Origin: Lingula anatina
Lineage: Eukaryota > Animalia > Brachiopoda
Length of the DNA stretch: 64,000 bases
Reading direction: 5' to 3'
Assembly (NCBI GenBank): GCA_051362555.1
Contig: CM120649.1
Location: 3,224,001 to 3,288,000 of the forward strand
The notes under the pieces were generated by a model. The model had not been told where the DNA came from. It searched no databases and saw nothing but the letters and a program-made list of their open reading frames with translations. The number at the start of each line of letters is the position of its first letter. Position 1 is the stretch's first letter. The position numbers and the translations under genes were made by a program. Shown here in pieces: positions 13,618 to 24,956 of this stretch.

Positions 13618-16600
13618 AAATATTATAAAAATTAGATTACGTATCAAGAACAACAGTAAATCACAGACGAACGAATCAGTAAACAAACGGGTAATACAGT
13701 AATAAATCGGAAGAGAGACATGCGCTGCACTAAAATAAGGTTACATCCAATAACCACCTGGATTTGCCAGTAACCTGCGCGCGCATAATTGTTTACATGT
13801 GTTTCAGGGCTGTGATATTTGATTCCGCCGAAAGCAAGATCCTTTGGATGGATACAGACGTCATAAAGAGTGTGGGGCTAGACGGATCAGCTGAAGAAAC
13901 TCTGTACGAATTCCCGCAAGGTACACGTTTTTTTTGGCGTTTTCTTTAATGGGAGCAAATACTTGAAATGTAGTTGAGACACTAATGACACCCGGCATTT
14001 GGAAGAAAATCTACATGTAGCAATGTCCCCATACCACCACTACCAGGTGGTCTACCTAAAAGCAAAATTTGCTCTGCATGCCCCCCCCCCCCTCCCCGCC
14101 TCCAAAGCGACCCTACTTCACATGCACTGCTTATATTCGCACCGCCGCCACCAACGTTTTCTCGCCAATAAATAGATTAATAAATAAAGACATAACTAAC
14201 TTACCTAATAAAGATAGCAAAAATGATGCCAATGAACATTATAATTTATTGCGCAACTTTCCATTTTTTGTTCAGCGGCCATTTTACAGCGTATGGCCCT
14301 CGATGTATCCAACAGACTGTTGTTCGTCACTGACGATGGAAGGACACTGATAGGAGTTCTGGACCTGGTTGGGAAAAACTTCAAGACCGTCATAGACTCT
14401 CGACTTTACCGACCGCGTGACATAGAGATTGATCCTTGGGAGAAGTGAGTAAAATACTGCTGTGTTCTAAAAAGCTGTGATGAATGTTTTAAGGGACCGT
14501 CACAATGAAATAAGTCGACCTAGCTAACGCGGGTCAAATCCACGGGGACTCTTGCTGAAAGCAACCAGAAATTTAAAAGGCTAAGACGCCTCTTCTTGTT
14601 TCCAACTTACTGGTATACGCACCAGCTTTTCTGTATTTTACTTAGCACCAGAAGGAGATGTGATAATCAGTTTATCCGGTTGCATTTAGGGAGAGATAGG
14701 CCTACTCGTAAAGTTAGAACCCATTAGTTCGAAAGATTTCATTTTGAACGATGATTTTTTTTGTTTGTGCATGAAACGATAGGTCTGTGTAACCGCCTTG
14801 ACATGGTGTACCTGTTCGAATTTCCCGTGCTGCAAACCAAAGATTTTTGGAAAAAAAACTATAAAGTGTTATAAAGTGCTATAAAGTCTTTAAACATACA
14901 TTTATCTGCATATTAGGAGCATCTTCGAAAGTGCAACGAAAACCTGTTAGCTTTCTTCGAATCTTTCAGCAGCGAATACTTGAGACTCGGTTATTTTATA
15001 CTTTCACTTTCATATTCTTTTTTTTCTTTATGTAGTCGTATCTACTGGGCCGACTGGGGCGCAACTGAAAGCATAAATAGGGCATACTACGACGGTAGCG
15101 AAAGAGAGGAAATAGTGACGTCATACCTGTATTTCCCGTTCGGTTTAGCCATTGATGTTCCGGGTAAGTTTTATATCAGAAATTAGGGTGAATAAGATTG
15201 TATTTCCAGAGATTTAGATCGATCCAGGGATTAAAATTTAGATCGACCTAACTCCCTGGGGGTTCACGCTAAATTGCAGTCAGACGAGCGCGCACCATAG
15301 TTAATTACCCCCTTACAGCTTTTAGTAGGCGGGACAGACGCTTAAGCCGGCCAAGCTGACAGTAATCTAGTGAGACTCCCCATAGGGATAGATCGATCTA
15401 AAAATCTATGGAAATGGGGTGTTAGGTGCTTAGTGTGGTTGAATTGAGACGGTAAGATATGTGTGTGGAGTTAATGAGAATGCGGGTGTTTAGGGTGGGT
15501 GGTTGGGGCAATACGAGAGATACTCACTTGTATATAATGATTCATATGTGCTGTCACCTTCTTGTTTCATTATTTTCTCTTTTTTATGTAATTTCAGGTC
15601 GCAAAATTATGTGGGCAGAAGGGTGGTATGAAGAAATTGAGGCATCGAACCTGGATGGATCAAACAGAGATACTATATACATTAAACGGAGTTCCTTTTT
15701 CCACGGCTTAGCTATATCCGATAGTAACCTTTACTTCACTGATACATGGACAAGGTAAGTGTAGCAGTGGAATCGTTTAGAATCAGATACGTCTCAGTAG
15801 CTGCTGTGGAAGTCTGTTAGTTTGTTTATATGATTGTATTCAGCGAGAGTGTCCGTGGAATAAGTGCGCAGTAGCTATTGCGATCGAACGCAGTCCGAAC
15901 GGTCCCCATGAGAATTGTTGCATTTGGGTCCATTTTGCAAGCGACCATTGAGGAAAATCGCCCTTGTACATCATAATAGTGACTATCAGATTTCAGTTAA
16001 AAGTTTTGAGTGAAACGTTGCTTGTTGTAGCATAAATGTTGCAACTGAATGCTTATTTTTTCTGACTACGTAACATGAATTCATTTAAAGGCTGATTCAA
16101 GACATTTAGCAAGATCAGTCATCTTCTTTTTGAAAACGTTTTCTCTCATTATCACCTCTAAAACATTTTTTATCTTTTGGAGGCAATGCCCATGTTAATC
16201 GATACACGAAGTGTTTGTTTCATATGCTCGATATTAATAATTTTAACTTAAAGAAAGTGTTTTGAAATTATATTCACGTTGATTTATTACTGTCTTCGAG
16301 GGTTTTAATCGCGTTTCACAATGTCACAATGGGTTAACCATTTGTTGTTCTTTACATCACAGGTCCCTACACAAAATACCGATAGCTGGCGCTGCAGACA
16401 GAGCCGATGAAGAGCTCATTCCCGGAGTTTTGGGTTCTGCTATTGACCTGCATGTGGTCCAACGTGCCAAAGAATATAAACGTAAGAGGGTTTTATAGCA
16501 TTTGTCCCCAGTTTAAAAAAACTTAAGTCGGATTACCTGTTTAAGAATTGACTACAAACGCTACATGATCACATGCGCACATCTTACCCTATCAGGAACA

Positions 16601-19275
16601 GACAGCACAGCAGAAAACATGGATGTTAAGCAAGAATGTCGCGTTTCTCTTGTAAAATCTTTTCTTGTAAATGTCAAATACTAGACACTGATTATAATTT
16701 GATTTCTGTGATTCAGCCAAGGCAGTGTGTGGTAACCATCCGTGCAGTCATATTTGTCTAATCAACAAGGACAATGGTACACAGTGCGCATGTCCAGACG
16801 GCGCAACGCTCAAAGATGATGGGATAAATTGTGATAACGGTAAGTGTTAGGCGCTTATATTTTACTGCAAATGTAAATTACGTAAATCAGCTTTGGTATT
16901 GATATATTTTACTGCTTAACAAGACAATCATTAAGAAAACAATGACAGTTGTATTTTCCTTTCACTGCCAGAACTTACGTTGACGGGCATGTATTTTCTG
17001 TCAGAAAACGGTCAAAAGTGGTTGATGGATCATCAAAGATTATTAGGAAGACTGTCAGATAATATCTGTAGATCTGCCTAATTGAGATAAGGCTTACATG
17101 TTGTAGGAGAACGATATTGGTAAATAATAGAGTTTGTGAAACTGTCACCTGGGTTTGTACTCGAATGTCCTAGAACAGATCAAGAACATTTTTCATTAAA
17201 AGAGAAAAACATTGTCCCTAGGACAGTAGAACCGTAGGTGATCGTTCAATGAGACAAATTTTCGCAGGTGATGCACTGTGTTCATTCCCGTTTTTTTTGG
17301 TATTGCAGTTGCGTCGTGCCCCAAAAGCCCTATCAAAAACGGTCTGTGGAGTCCCGCCTGTGTGTACCGCGCCGGGTTGGTGTGTGACTTTCTATGTGAC
17401 ACCGGCTACCGGAAGCGGAACTCCACACAGCTGCTCACGTGCGGCAGCAACGAGCAGTGGGACGCTGATGATTTCAACACCTTGTGTGAAGAAATACGTG
17501 AGTAACAACTCTGTTGTCAATAAAATTATAGTTAATTTATTTGTTGTTGTTATCATTGGTATATCTTTTTTTTATAATATTCTGGTCACAGCAGTGAAGT
17601 AATAATAATAATAATAATTATTATTATTTAATTATTATTTTACTCTGAGTATGTCAGCTAAAGTAGTGCTTTAATATTATGTTGTATTTATTCACTTGGA
17701 TGTGATCCGACTGGCGTATTTGATTAATATCTCTCCTACAGAAAATAATATGAGATAATGACAATGGAGGCAAAAGAATGAGGTGAAACACGTGTTGTTG
17801 AATAATCAATCTGTTAATGATATGCATTTGTCAGCAAATCAGTTTAGATGAGCAAATTTTCTGCCCAAATGTATAGTGCACAACAGTATCGCAAAGAATG
17901 GAAGATAGTATGTCTTCAGAAAACAGAGAACTAAATTCATTCTCTCCTTTTTACAATTCTGTTTCAGCAAAAGGTAAAAGCATTTGTGACAAAACTGGTT
18001 CCCCAGATTTATATCCTGGTTCCTTTTTAAGTTTGGGTTCATGAATTAATTAGTTTTGATCCCGCATGCAATGATGGGCTGTTTGATTGGACAAAACTTG
18101 TTATACCTTGCACGCCTACACACAGTACCATCACGAATATTAACTTAGAATCCTGTTTTATTGCTGTTGTGTATTTTCGTTGTCCACACATATACCTTAA
18201 CCACCCTATATGCACGAGGCAGTGGTATAAATTATGTTCAAACATGTGATATGCAGATTTTAAAGCGAGTGCACGGGTATGTGTGTAAGGGGTAATTAAG
18301 ATTAAAGAAAAACTTCTTTTAGTTTGACTTAAGTTTCTAGTGACTTCAGAATGTGATTATCTTTTTTTTCAAAGAAGAGAGCAGCAGATCTTAGCTACAG
18401 TCCCTACCCTGCTTCCCGCGCTTATGACGTATAGCACATATGTTTTGTCGCAATATTAGCATGTCCAATATAGCTGTAGCGAGGGTTGTAGACTGGTTGC
18501 GTTGACGACTAGACTGATTTGGCAGCAAGTTTTTTTTCTTGCGCATAGTTTGACATAGCGTTATTGTTGAGGTATATCATTTGTATATAAACAATATTTA
18601 TATGCATATACATGTTTTAACAAATGATTTTAAAGAATTTAAAAAATATTTTAACGTTTTAAAAAACGTTGTAGCAAGGCTATGACCAAATCAATACATG
18701 TACTAGTCGTCACACAAAGCCGGTCTATATAGTGAGGATAGTATTTATACCGTCCCGTTTTATGTGTACTGTCCATTATAATTGTATTTGTACACACTAC
18801 ATGTAATGTTGAATTGTTTGGGGACGGCATGTCGGTTTGATTTCTGTTCTTTATCTAGTGGAGAATATATATACACTGAATGTTGCATGTGCCTTAACAT
18901 GTACAATTTTAAGCAGGTGCCATTTTTAGTTTAGTTGTTTGGAAAAACATTTGTGTTTTTTTTTTTTTTTGTTACTGGGTGTATTTTAACATTGCAAGTA
19001 CTGTGAAGCATTTCTATTTACCTTAGTAAGTACAAATGGTAGTTTCCATTCACAAGATGAGCGGTTACGTAATCTTCAACTCTTTTTTTGTTTGCCGAGT
19101 AACAAAGAACAAACAATCAAGTGAAAAGTTTAAAGTTTTAAAATAAAATAAGGATACGGAGGCAATAATTGAATGATAATATCTTACTGTCTTCAGAATA
19201 AAAGCCTTTTATTTTGTTTGCAATAATTTATTTAATAGATCAATCAACCGAATTATGAATCTATTATCATCATCA

Positions 19276-19321
<46 letters not shown>

Positions 19322-22300
19322 GTCAATAGCCCTAGAATGCCCGATTCCCGTGGTGAGAAACGGCAAATTACAAGATGGCTGCGGGATAACGAAGGGTGCT
19401 TCCTGCCTCGTCGTGTGTGACACCGGATACGGAACTCACCCAGCGTCCCTGTACACCACGTGTACGGCTGACCTCGTCTGGAGTAGAGATCTTAGCTCCG
19501 TCTGCGTGGGTAAGTGTCATTCTTGGTCTTCATTTTTCACGCGTATTCAGTATATACTTTGTTGTAATTCTTTGTGAAGACCAAGGTATTTAAGATTTGT
19601 TTGTGATATTTATAATGATGAAGACATATAGGCCAATTATATGGGACGTTGTGTTGTATGTTAAAGACAAAGCGTGCGTTTGGTTATACAGCGATATCAG
19701 GGAGTTTTTAAACAATCTTTTATAATGTAATTATGTGTCTATTTTTTGTTGTTTCTACGACGTCTTTAATTTAAATTTTTTTCATTCTGAAAATTGAAAA
19801 AAAAAACATAAAAAAGCATAAGCCACCACATAATGGTTAACATGCAATACCGTGTTATTATTTAAACGTATGCCATTTTTGTCATGGTTCTAAATACTCT
19901 TTCTGTTTACAACATCCTACTGATCCTTTCTGACTGAGCCAATGGGTTATCAACTCACTGGCTGGCTCTACTCAGAGCTGAGTGTTTTTTGCTCTATATC
20001 GTATGTTGCACATGGTTTCTCTTCATTTCAATTATGGCTTTGAAGTAGACGATCCTTCTATCCTACTTCAGCCTACCCTTTGCCTCTACAAGACATCTGT
20101 ATGATCTATGCGTTACTGTCGAGTACTATTGCGATTCTTCTTCTACTGATTATAGTTTTGGCAATAGTTTCCTCTTGCTGCGTGATGCCTTCTTAGAGTG
20201 TTCAAACAATTTATAATCTTATCACTCGAAGACACCGAGCCACCCAACGTCACCTGTCCACGTGACGTCACCATTTCCGCAGATGCCGGGAGAATGTTTG
20301 GAGCGGTCACATGGCCAGCGCCCGTTGTAAAAGATGCCAGTGACGTCACATTAAGCAGCAATTTCCGGTCAGGGGGACAGTTTGGAATCGGCACCACCAA
20401 TGTTGTGTTTTCAGCCCGGGATGCCTACGGCAACTTCGGCAGCTGTAGTTTCAATGTGCTTGTAACAGGTACACGGGGCGAAGATGAGAACTGTCACTCA
20501 GAATTAGCTAAAATAAATTTGTTGTTATTTTTTGTGTCTGTGTGTTTATTTGTTCTGTTTGTTTGTGCGTGAAGATGTGAATGTATTTTTGTCTAAGTAT
20601 CCTGAATATTCAGACTTGTGAGCGCTCTCAATTGTGTTAAGCAAGTACGGTTGTACTTAGTACATGTGTAATAATATTTAGTCGTATAAAAATATGTACA
20701 GATGTGCCTTGTGTGCCTGTTATGGTTATGCGTTTAGTTTTTTTTTTTACGTACAAGTATACAGTGTGCACATTTAAATATCGCGGTAAAGCTGAACAAA
20801 ATTAGAAAATGGTTAAATATTGTTCTTATCTGAAAAAATAATGTAAGTAGACTTCTGAGAAATCCTATCCAGACTTAAATAAATGGGTAGCACAGCTAAG
20901 CAATATAACTCCGCTTTATTGACAACACATCGCATCCTTTTAGCAACAACTGTACACTGTCCTTCGCCGACAATCCCTCATGGAGAGATAGGGCCCGGAT
21001 GTAACATGGAGGCCGGAAGTTCCTGTCGGGTCACGTGTGAGAGAGGCTACTCTACTGATCACGTGAACATCACGTGTCTATGGAGCAAAGAGTGGTCTTC
21101 TGTTTCGAGAAGCATTTGTCGAGGTGATTTGTTAAAAGAAAACGATGGCGACGATTTGATATTTCTGACACTTATCTGTATTATTCTCTTTATTTTTTGG
21201 CTGTAGGCCCTGAGTGTCATTTCTTTTGCGAAATTTTTTTTTGGATGTGGCAAATTTTCACTTTTGGTTACTTGCAGAGCAGATCTACCAGTGTGTATTG
21301 AACGTCCTTGTCTTAGATAACTGATTTTCTGTTTGTTGCCAGGGTTTCGAATGACTGTTTTCTTTTTGTTGTGAACGTTCTCTGTCTTCAGCATGTCTGT
21401 CACCACTGACGGGGATCTTCACATCTCTTAACGAATCGCGGCCAATAAGTAGAATTGAATAACTCGTTTGAGAGTATTGAAGGATTCACAGATTGCAGAA
21501 AGGACTGAGTGAGTGAGTCCTACTGAGTTAGTATGTCACATGTTCATGTGAAGTGCAATTGTCGCCTGGTCTAGGACCCATGAAACCATTACGTTATTTT
21601 GGGGGATCCTATAACTGGTAATTTACTTAAAAGAACAAATGAGGCTTTTGTTTTTGGGACTATGTGTGCATTTTCTTCATTCCAGATACAAGTCCTCCAA
21701 CAGTCAGCAACTGTCCGGCCAATATCACCGAGGCGGCCCCTACCGGGAGCCGACAGAAAAGGATCACATGGATTGAACCGACATTCAATGACAGTCCACC
21801 GATAAAAATTGTAAAATCTTTTATGCCTGGGACTATTTTCGGTGAAGGGAAAACTGACGTCATTTACGTTGCCACGGATTCGGCAGGGAATGTGGCAAGG
21901 TGCACATTTTCTGTAACGATAACAGGTAAACAAGCACAGGAAGAAAACATGTACGTATGCGTGACCACGCAACTTAGATGGCTACATGTATGGGATGCTT
22001 ACAATTTCGTATTCCTCTTAGATAATTTGAAACGTATATAAACTGAAATTGTTTCTTTCTTTATTGTTGGGTGGAGGGGTACTTTTTGTCTAGACAATTT
22101 TAATTGCATTCTCTGCAATTAACGCTTTTACGGTTTTGATTTGGATTTAATTAATCATGTCCAGTGAGGAACGTTTTATTAGTGATGGGAGGGGGGGGGG
22201 GGGCAATTCGTGATGACTCCATTTTGTCCAGCAAAACACCAGCATGTAACATCAGATAAAAGTATTTCCTTTTATGTTCATGTGATTAAAATAATTCTTT

Positions 22301-24956
22301 CCCATTTTTAAATTTCGTGAGGTTTGTGTAATTGGCATCATTATTTCCCTTTTCTTCATCATTAGTTGAAAAGTGCAACCCGTATATAGGGACGTCTACG
22401 GTCCAGACGTTACGTGATCAAACGTGCCCAAGCACTAACAACCACCTGGGCGCGAGCTGCTACTTCACGTGCATGGAAGGATACGCAACAAAGGACGGCC
22501 AGGTCCAGGGATACTTTGAGTGCGCCAAGACCATGTCTGTGTCCACTAAAATGGCTCAGTGGAGAAACAGCATCGGGGCATGTGAACGTAAGTTGATGAA
22601 TTTCAAATAGTTGTTTAGTATATATGTTTCACTATAAGATAACAGAGTCAGGACTTTCCTGGGGGTGGTGGCACGAGGGGAACCAGGGGCGGATCCAGGA
22701 TCTTTTGAAGGGGGGTCCGTTGAAGCGAAGCTGACCTTCCCTCTCCGCCCCCCCCTCCCCCTTTGATTAATTGTTTTTCCTTTTTTGTGATGGAGTTGGG
22801 GTACCAGCGAAGTATAGTGGGGTGTGGTGTGTGCGATATCTTCTCCTTAGGCTTGTAAAAAGGAACCGAAGACATATCTTTTATGGGCTCTAGCATATTT
22901 CAATGTGACTTTGTTGATGAACTATTATAATTAATGACTTAACTGACTTTTTATGTTACATACATAATTCAAGTTTTTAATTAGTATTTACCGTTTCTTT
23001 AACTTGTATTTTATATACATTGTAAAGTCAATTAAACAAATGTGCATGTTAGACTCTGAATAAATCATAACATCAATAATAATAAAAATAGCTTACCTAT
23101 CCACAGAGATGTATCATTAAACTTTTTCACTGACGAAAGTTTGATTCTAAATTTTATATAAGCTAAAGAACCATTGAAACCATGCAACCTTTGTTCAGTT
23201 TGACTTAAACGAAGGTCATGCCACGTTAAGCTATAGCACATCCTTTTATTAAATTAATATTTAATTGATTTAATTTTTGTAGTTATCCCGACAAAAAGTC
23301 CTGTGATATCCAGTGGCACCGATAAACAAACAGGCGGCAACAATGCCGGAGGTAATGGAGCGGGTAAGTCGGCGGTAGAGTCTTATTCAGTTCGTTTTTA
23401 CCAACATTTCACATTGCATATGTTGGGTTAAGCAATAGAGTGGGATGAGAATTTTTTTAATGTAAAACAAAAGATAAATCGTTTTTCAGTTCTTAAGACA
23501 GCGTTTAGAATTACATACTATATGTATTATTCAGATGCGCACATGTGCACCGTGTGTATGTGATTTACATATTACGGTGAAACCCGTTTGAATTTATTTC
23601 AGCTTCAGGTGCAACCCCGGCTATAGTAGGTATCGTAGTGGCCGCGCTGCTCATCCTTATTGTCATCGGAGTTGTGGCGTTCTTCCTATGGAGGAGGATG
23701 TAAGTAGTTTTTTACGCTAATTTTACGTTCTTTCGTACGTTGAATCGTAATCAGTTCGTGAAGTTCTTAACATATTCGTATATATTCGTTGTCAGTTCTT
23801 GCAATTCTTGATCAATCACGAACTGATTACAATTCAACCACGAACCCTGAAATTTGTAAATTCCTGGCGATTCGTAGGATTCGTGGTTTGTGTGAAATAG
23901 GGGCATTACCCGTCAAGTGAAAAGAGTCAGTCGTTTACAAACCGGCGTGACGAAACTGATGGTCCTTGTGACAGAGTCCACCCTCCATTACACTTTAATT
24001 ACACAGGTTAGGGTAATTAAGCCTGACGTAAGTGGATCAAAATCTGGGACGAGGCTTACCTGTGCAAAAAAATGGGAAGCGGACTCTCTATCGCGAGTGG
24101 ACTCTCTGTCACGTTACCCCGGACTCATGAGATAGATGTGCTGAAACCCTGAGGCGCCCGTGTGAAATAGCACTGTCTTGTTACCTTGTTACTGTCTCTC
24201 TACAAATAATGGTGCCATTACCTCTCATTACCTGCTTTCTGCTTTACTGCACTGACAATTTGGTTAACAGATGACGAGTTTTGGTCAAAATGTCGGTCTA
24301 AAATATCCTTTGTCAAATGGGTATCATTTACCAGGTGTATTGAGATAATGGTTTAAGTGATATAAACGACCAATTATTCCAGCAAGCCCTGTTGATACAT
24401 GTTAAACGTTTCCTTCACATTTCATGTCCTTAAAATCTTCGACAGCATTATATTTGTGATCACCGATTTTCTGACTAGAAGGTATATTTACGCTTCAAAG
24501 TCGTTGACGAAGGGTTGAACCACAGATAAAGGACGTTTCTCTGATATCATTGTGACGTCGAGTCTTTCTTGTGACGTCAAATGTGTATGACGTCAAATGG
24601 CGTCAATATGATGTTCTACAGTTCCAACCGTCCATGTGTTAATGTGTATTCTATTTTTTTCTAGGAGCCGCGGAGATTTGAGCAAACCGTCCCAGTTCAG
24701 GTACGTCAATCACTCCAATGAAATCAGCGAAATCCCTGGGGATCCTAACTACGCCACCATTGGCGCCCCCTACAGGGTAAATCAGCCGGAGAATGACTAT
24801 GAAGGTCTGAATACTGCCCAAGCTAACGGGGACGGCGGCATAGCAAACCCGATGTACGACCAAATGAATCCACCCCCGACTAAGAAACCGGGCGAATTTG
24901 ATGACCTGAGCCAACAAGCCGTCCTGAAGGTGCAAAGTGACACCACAAAGGCGTAG
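6886..24956 (+). CDS. LRP-like type I membrane receptor A (multi-exon): 3x(YWTD beta-propeller + EGF), CCP/sushi and HYR stalk, TM, Tyr-motif tail
   Basis: Phase-consistent exons (approx.): 6886-7179, 7528-7729 ([15 protein letters not shown]), 8132-8384, 8892-9045, 9671-9778 (EGF), 10448-10738, 11113-11263, 11514-11654, 11921-12038, 12449-~12605, 13009-13128 ([11 protein letters not shown]), 13443-13563, 13808-13920, 14276-14444, 15036-15163 (IYWADWG), 15598-15753, 16363-16481, 16717-16839 (EGF), 17309-17497, 19330-19509, 20232-20468, 20944-21123, 21686-21925, 22366-22587, 23283-23363, 23603-23699 (TM), 24665-24956 (stop TAG). Confidence 0.92.
9590..9650. repeat. (TA)n microsatellite close to an exon acceptor
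   Basis: About 30 TA units ending ~20 nt upstream of the AG at 9670. Confidence 0.95.
10024..10236. mobile_element. MITE-like non-autonomous DNA element, family 1, copy a
   Basis: Imperfect terminal inverted repeats (cagagattagatcgatcta ... tagatcgatctaaaagctctg); interior tagatcgacctaactccctgggggttcacgctaaat... shared with 15198-15420. Confidence 0.8.
12048..12262. mobile_element. MITE-like element, family 2 (CA microsatellite inside the left TIR)
   Basis: Left gccccggttttcac...aaaaaccttatgtcaggtttcctggctaag matches the reverse complement of the right end (ggccctagtttcacaaaaaaaagcttaagtcagttccctggcttag). Confidence 0.75.
15198..15420. mobile_element. MITE-like element, family 1, copy b
   Basis: TIRs tttccagagatttagatcgat ... 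atcgatctaaaaatctatggaaa; interior collinear with 10024-10236. Confidence 0.8.
16504..16630. mobile_element. Truncated copy of MITE family 2
   Basis: ccccagttt-aaaaaaacttaagtc...tacatgatcacatgcgcacatcttaccctatcagga is similar to 12100-12180. Confidence 0.6.
17309..22587 (+). CDS. CCP/sushi and HYR domain exons of receptor A (CCP, CCP, HYR, CCP, HYR, CCP)
   Basis: Six phase-1 single-domain exons. CCP: CPKSPIKNG...CDFLCDTGY...TC...QW; CPIPVVRNG...CDTGY...W; CPSPTIPHG...CERGY...C...W; CYFTCMEGY...C...W...C. HYR: DTEPPNVTCP...VTWPAP...F.IGTT.V...ARDAYGN...CSFNV.V; DTSPPTVSNCP...WIEP...F.EGKT.V.Y.ATDSAGN...CTF.V. Confidence 0.88.
22683..22722. mobile_element. Probable terminus of a non-autonomous DNA transposon
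   Basis: caggggcggatccagga...gggggg resembles a common invertebrate MITE end; the partner end was not found. Confidence 0.35.
23603..23699 (+). CDS. Transmembrane exon of receptor A
   Basis: AIVGIVVAALLILIVIGVVAFFLW followed by RR stop-transfer; flanked by ttcag and gtaagt. Confidence 0.9.
23738..23908. repeat. Inverted repeat / MITE remnant in an intron of receptor A
   Basis: gttgaatcgtaatcagttcgtga (~23738-23761) and tcacgaactgattacaattcaac (~23816-23838) form a 23-bp inverted repeat with one mismatch. Confidence 0.65.
23941..24122. mobile_element. Probable MITE with subterminal ggactctct repeats
   Basis: Ends ccggcgtgacg ... gtcacgttaccccgg are imperfectly inverted; ggactctct is duplicated near the right end. 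Confidence 0.4.
24665..24956 (+). CDS. Cytoplasmic tail exon of receptor A
   Basis: ...GDPNYATIGAPYRVNQPENDYEGLNTAQANGDGGIANPMYDQMNPPP...SDTTKA*; contains the NPxY motif typical of the LDLR family. Confidence 0.88.
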
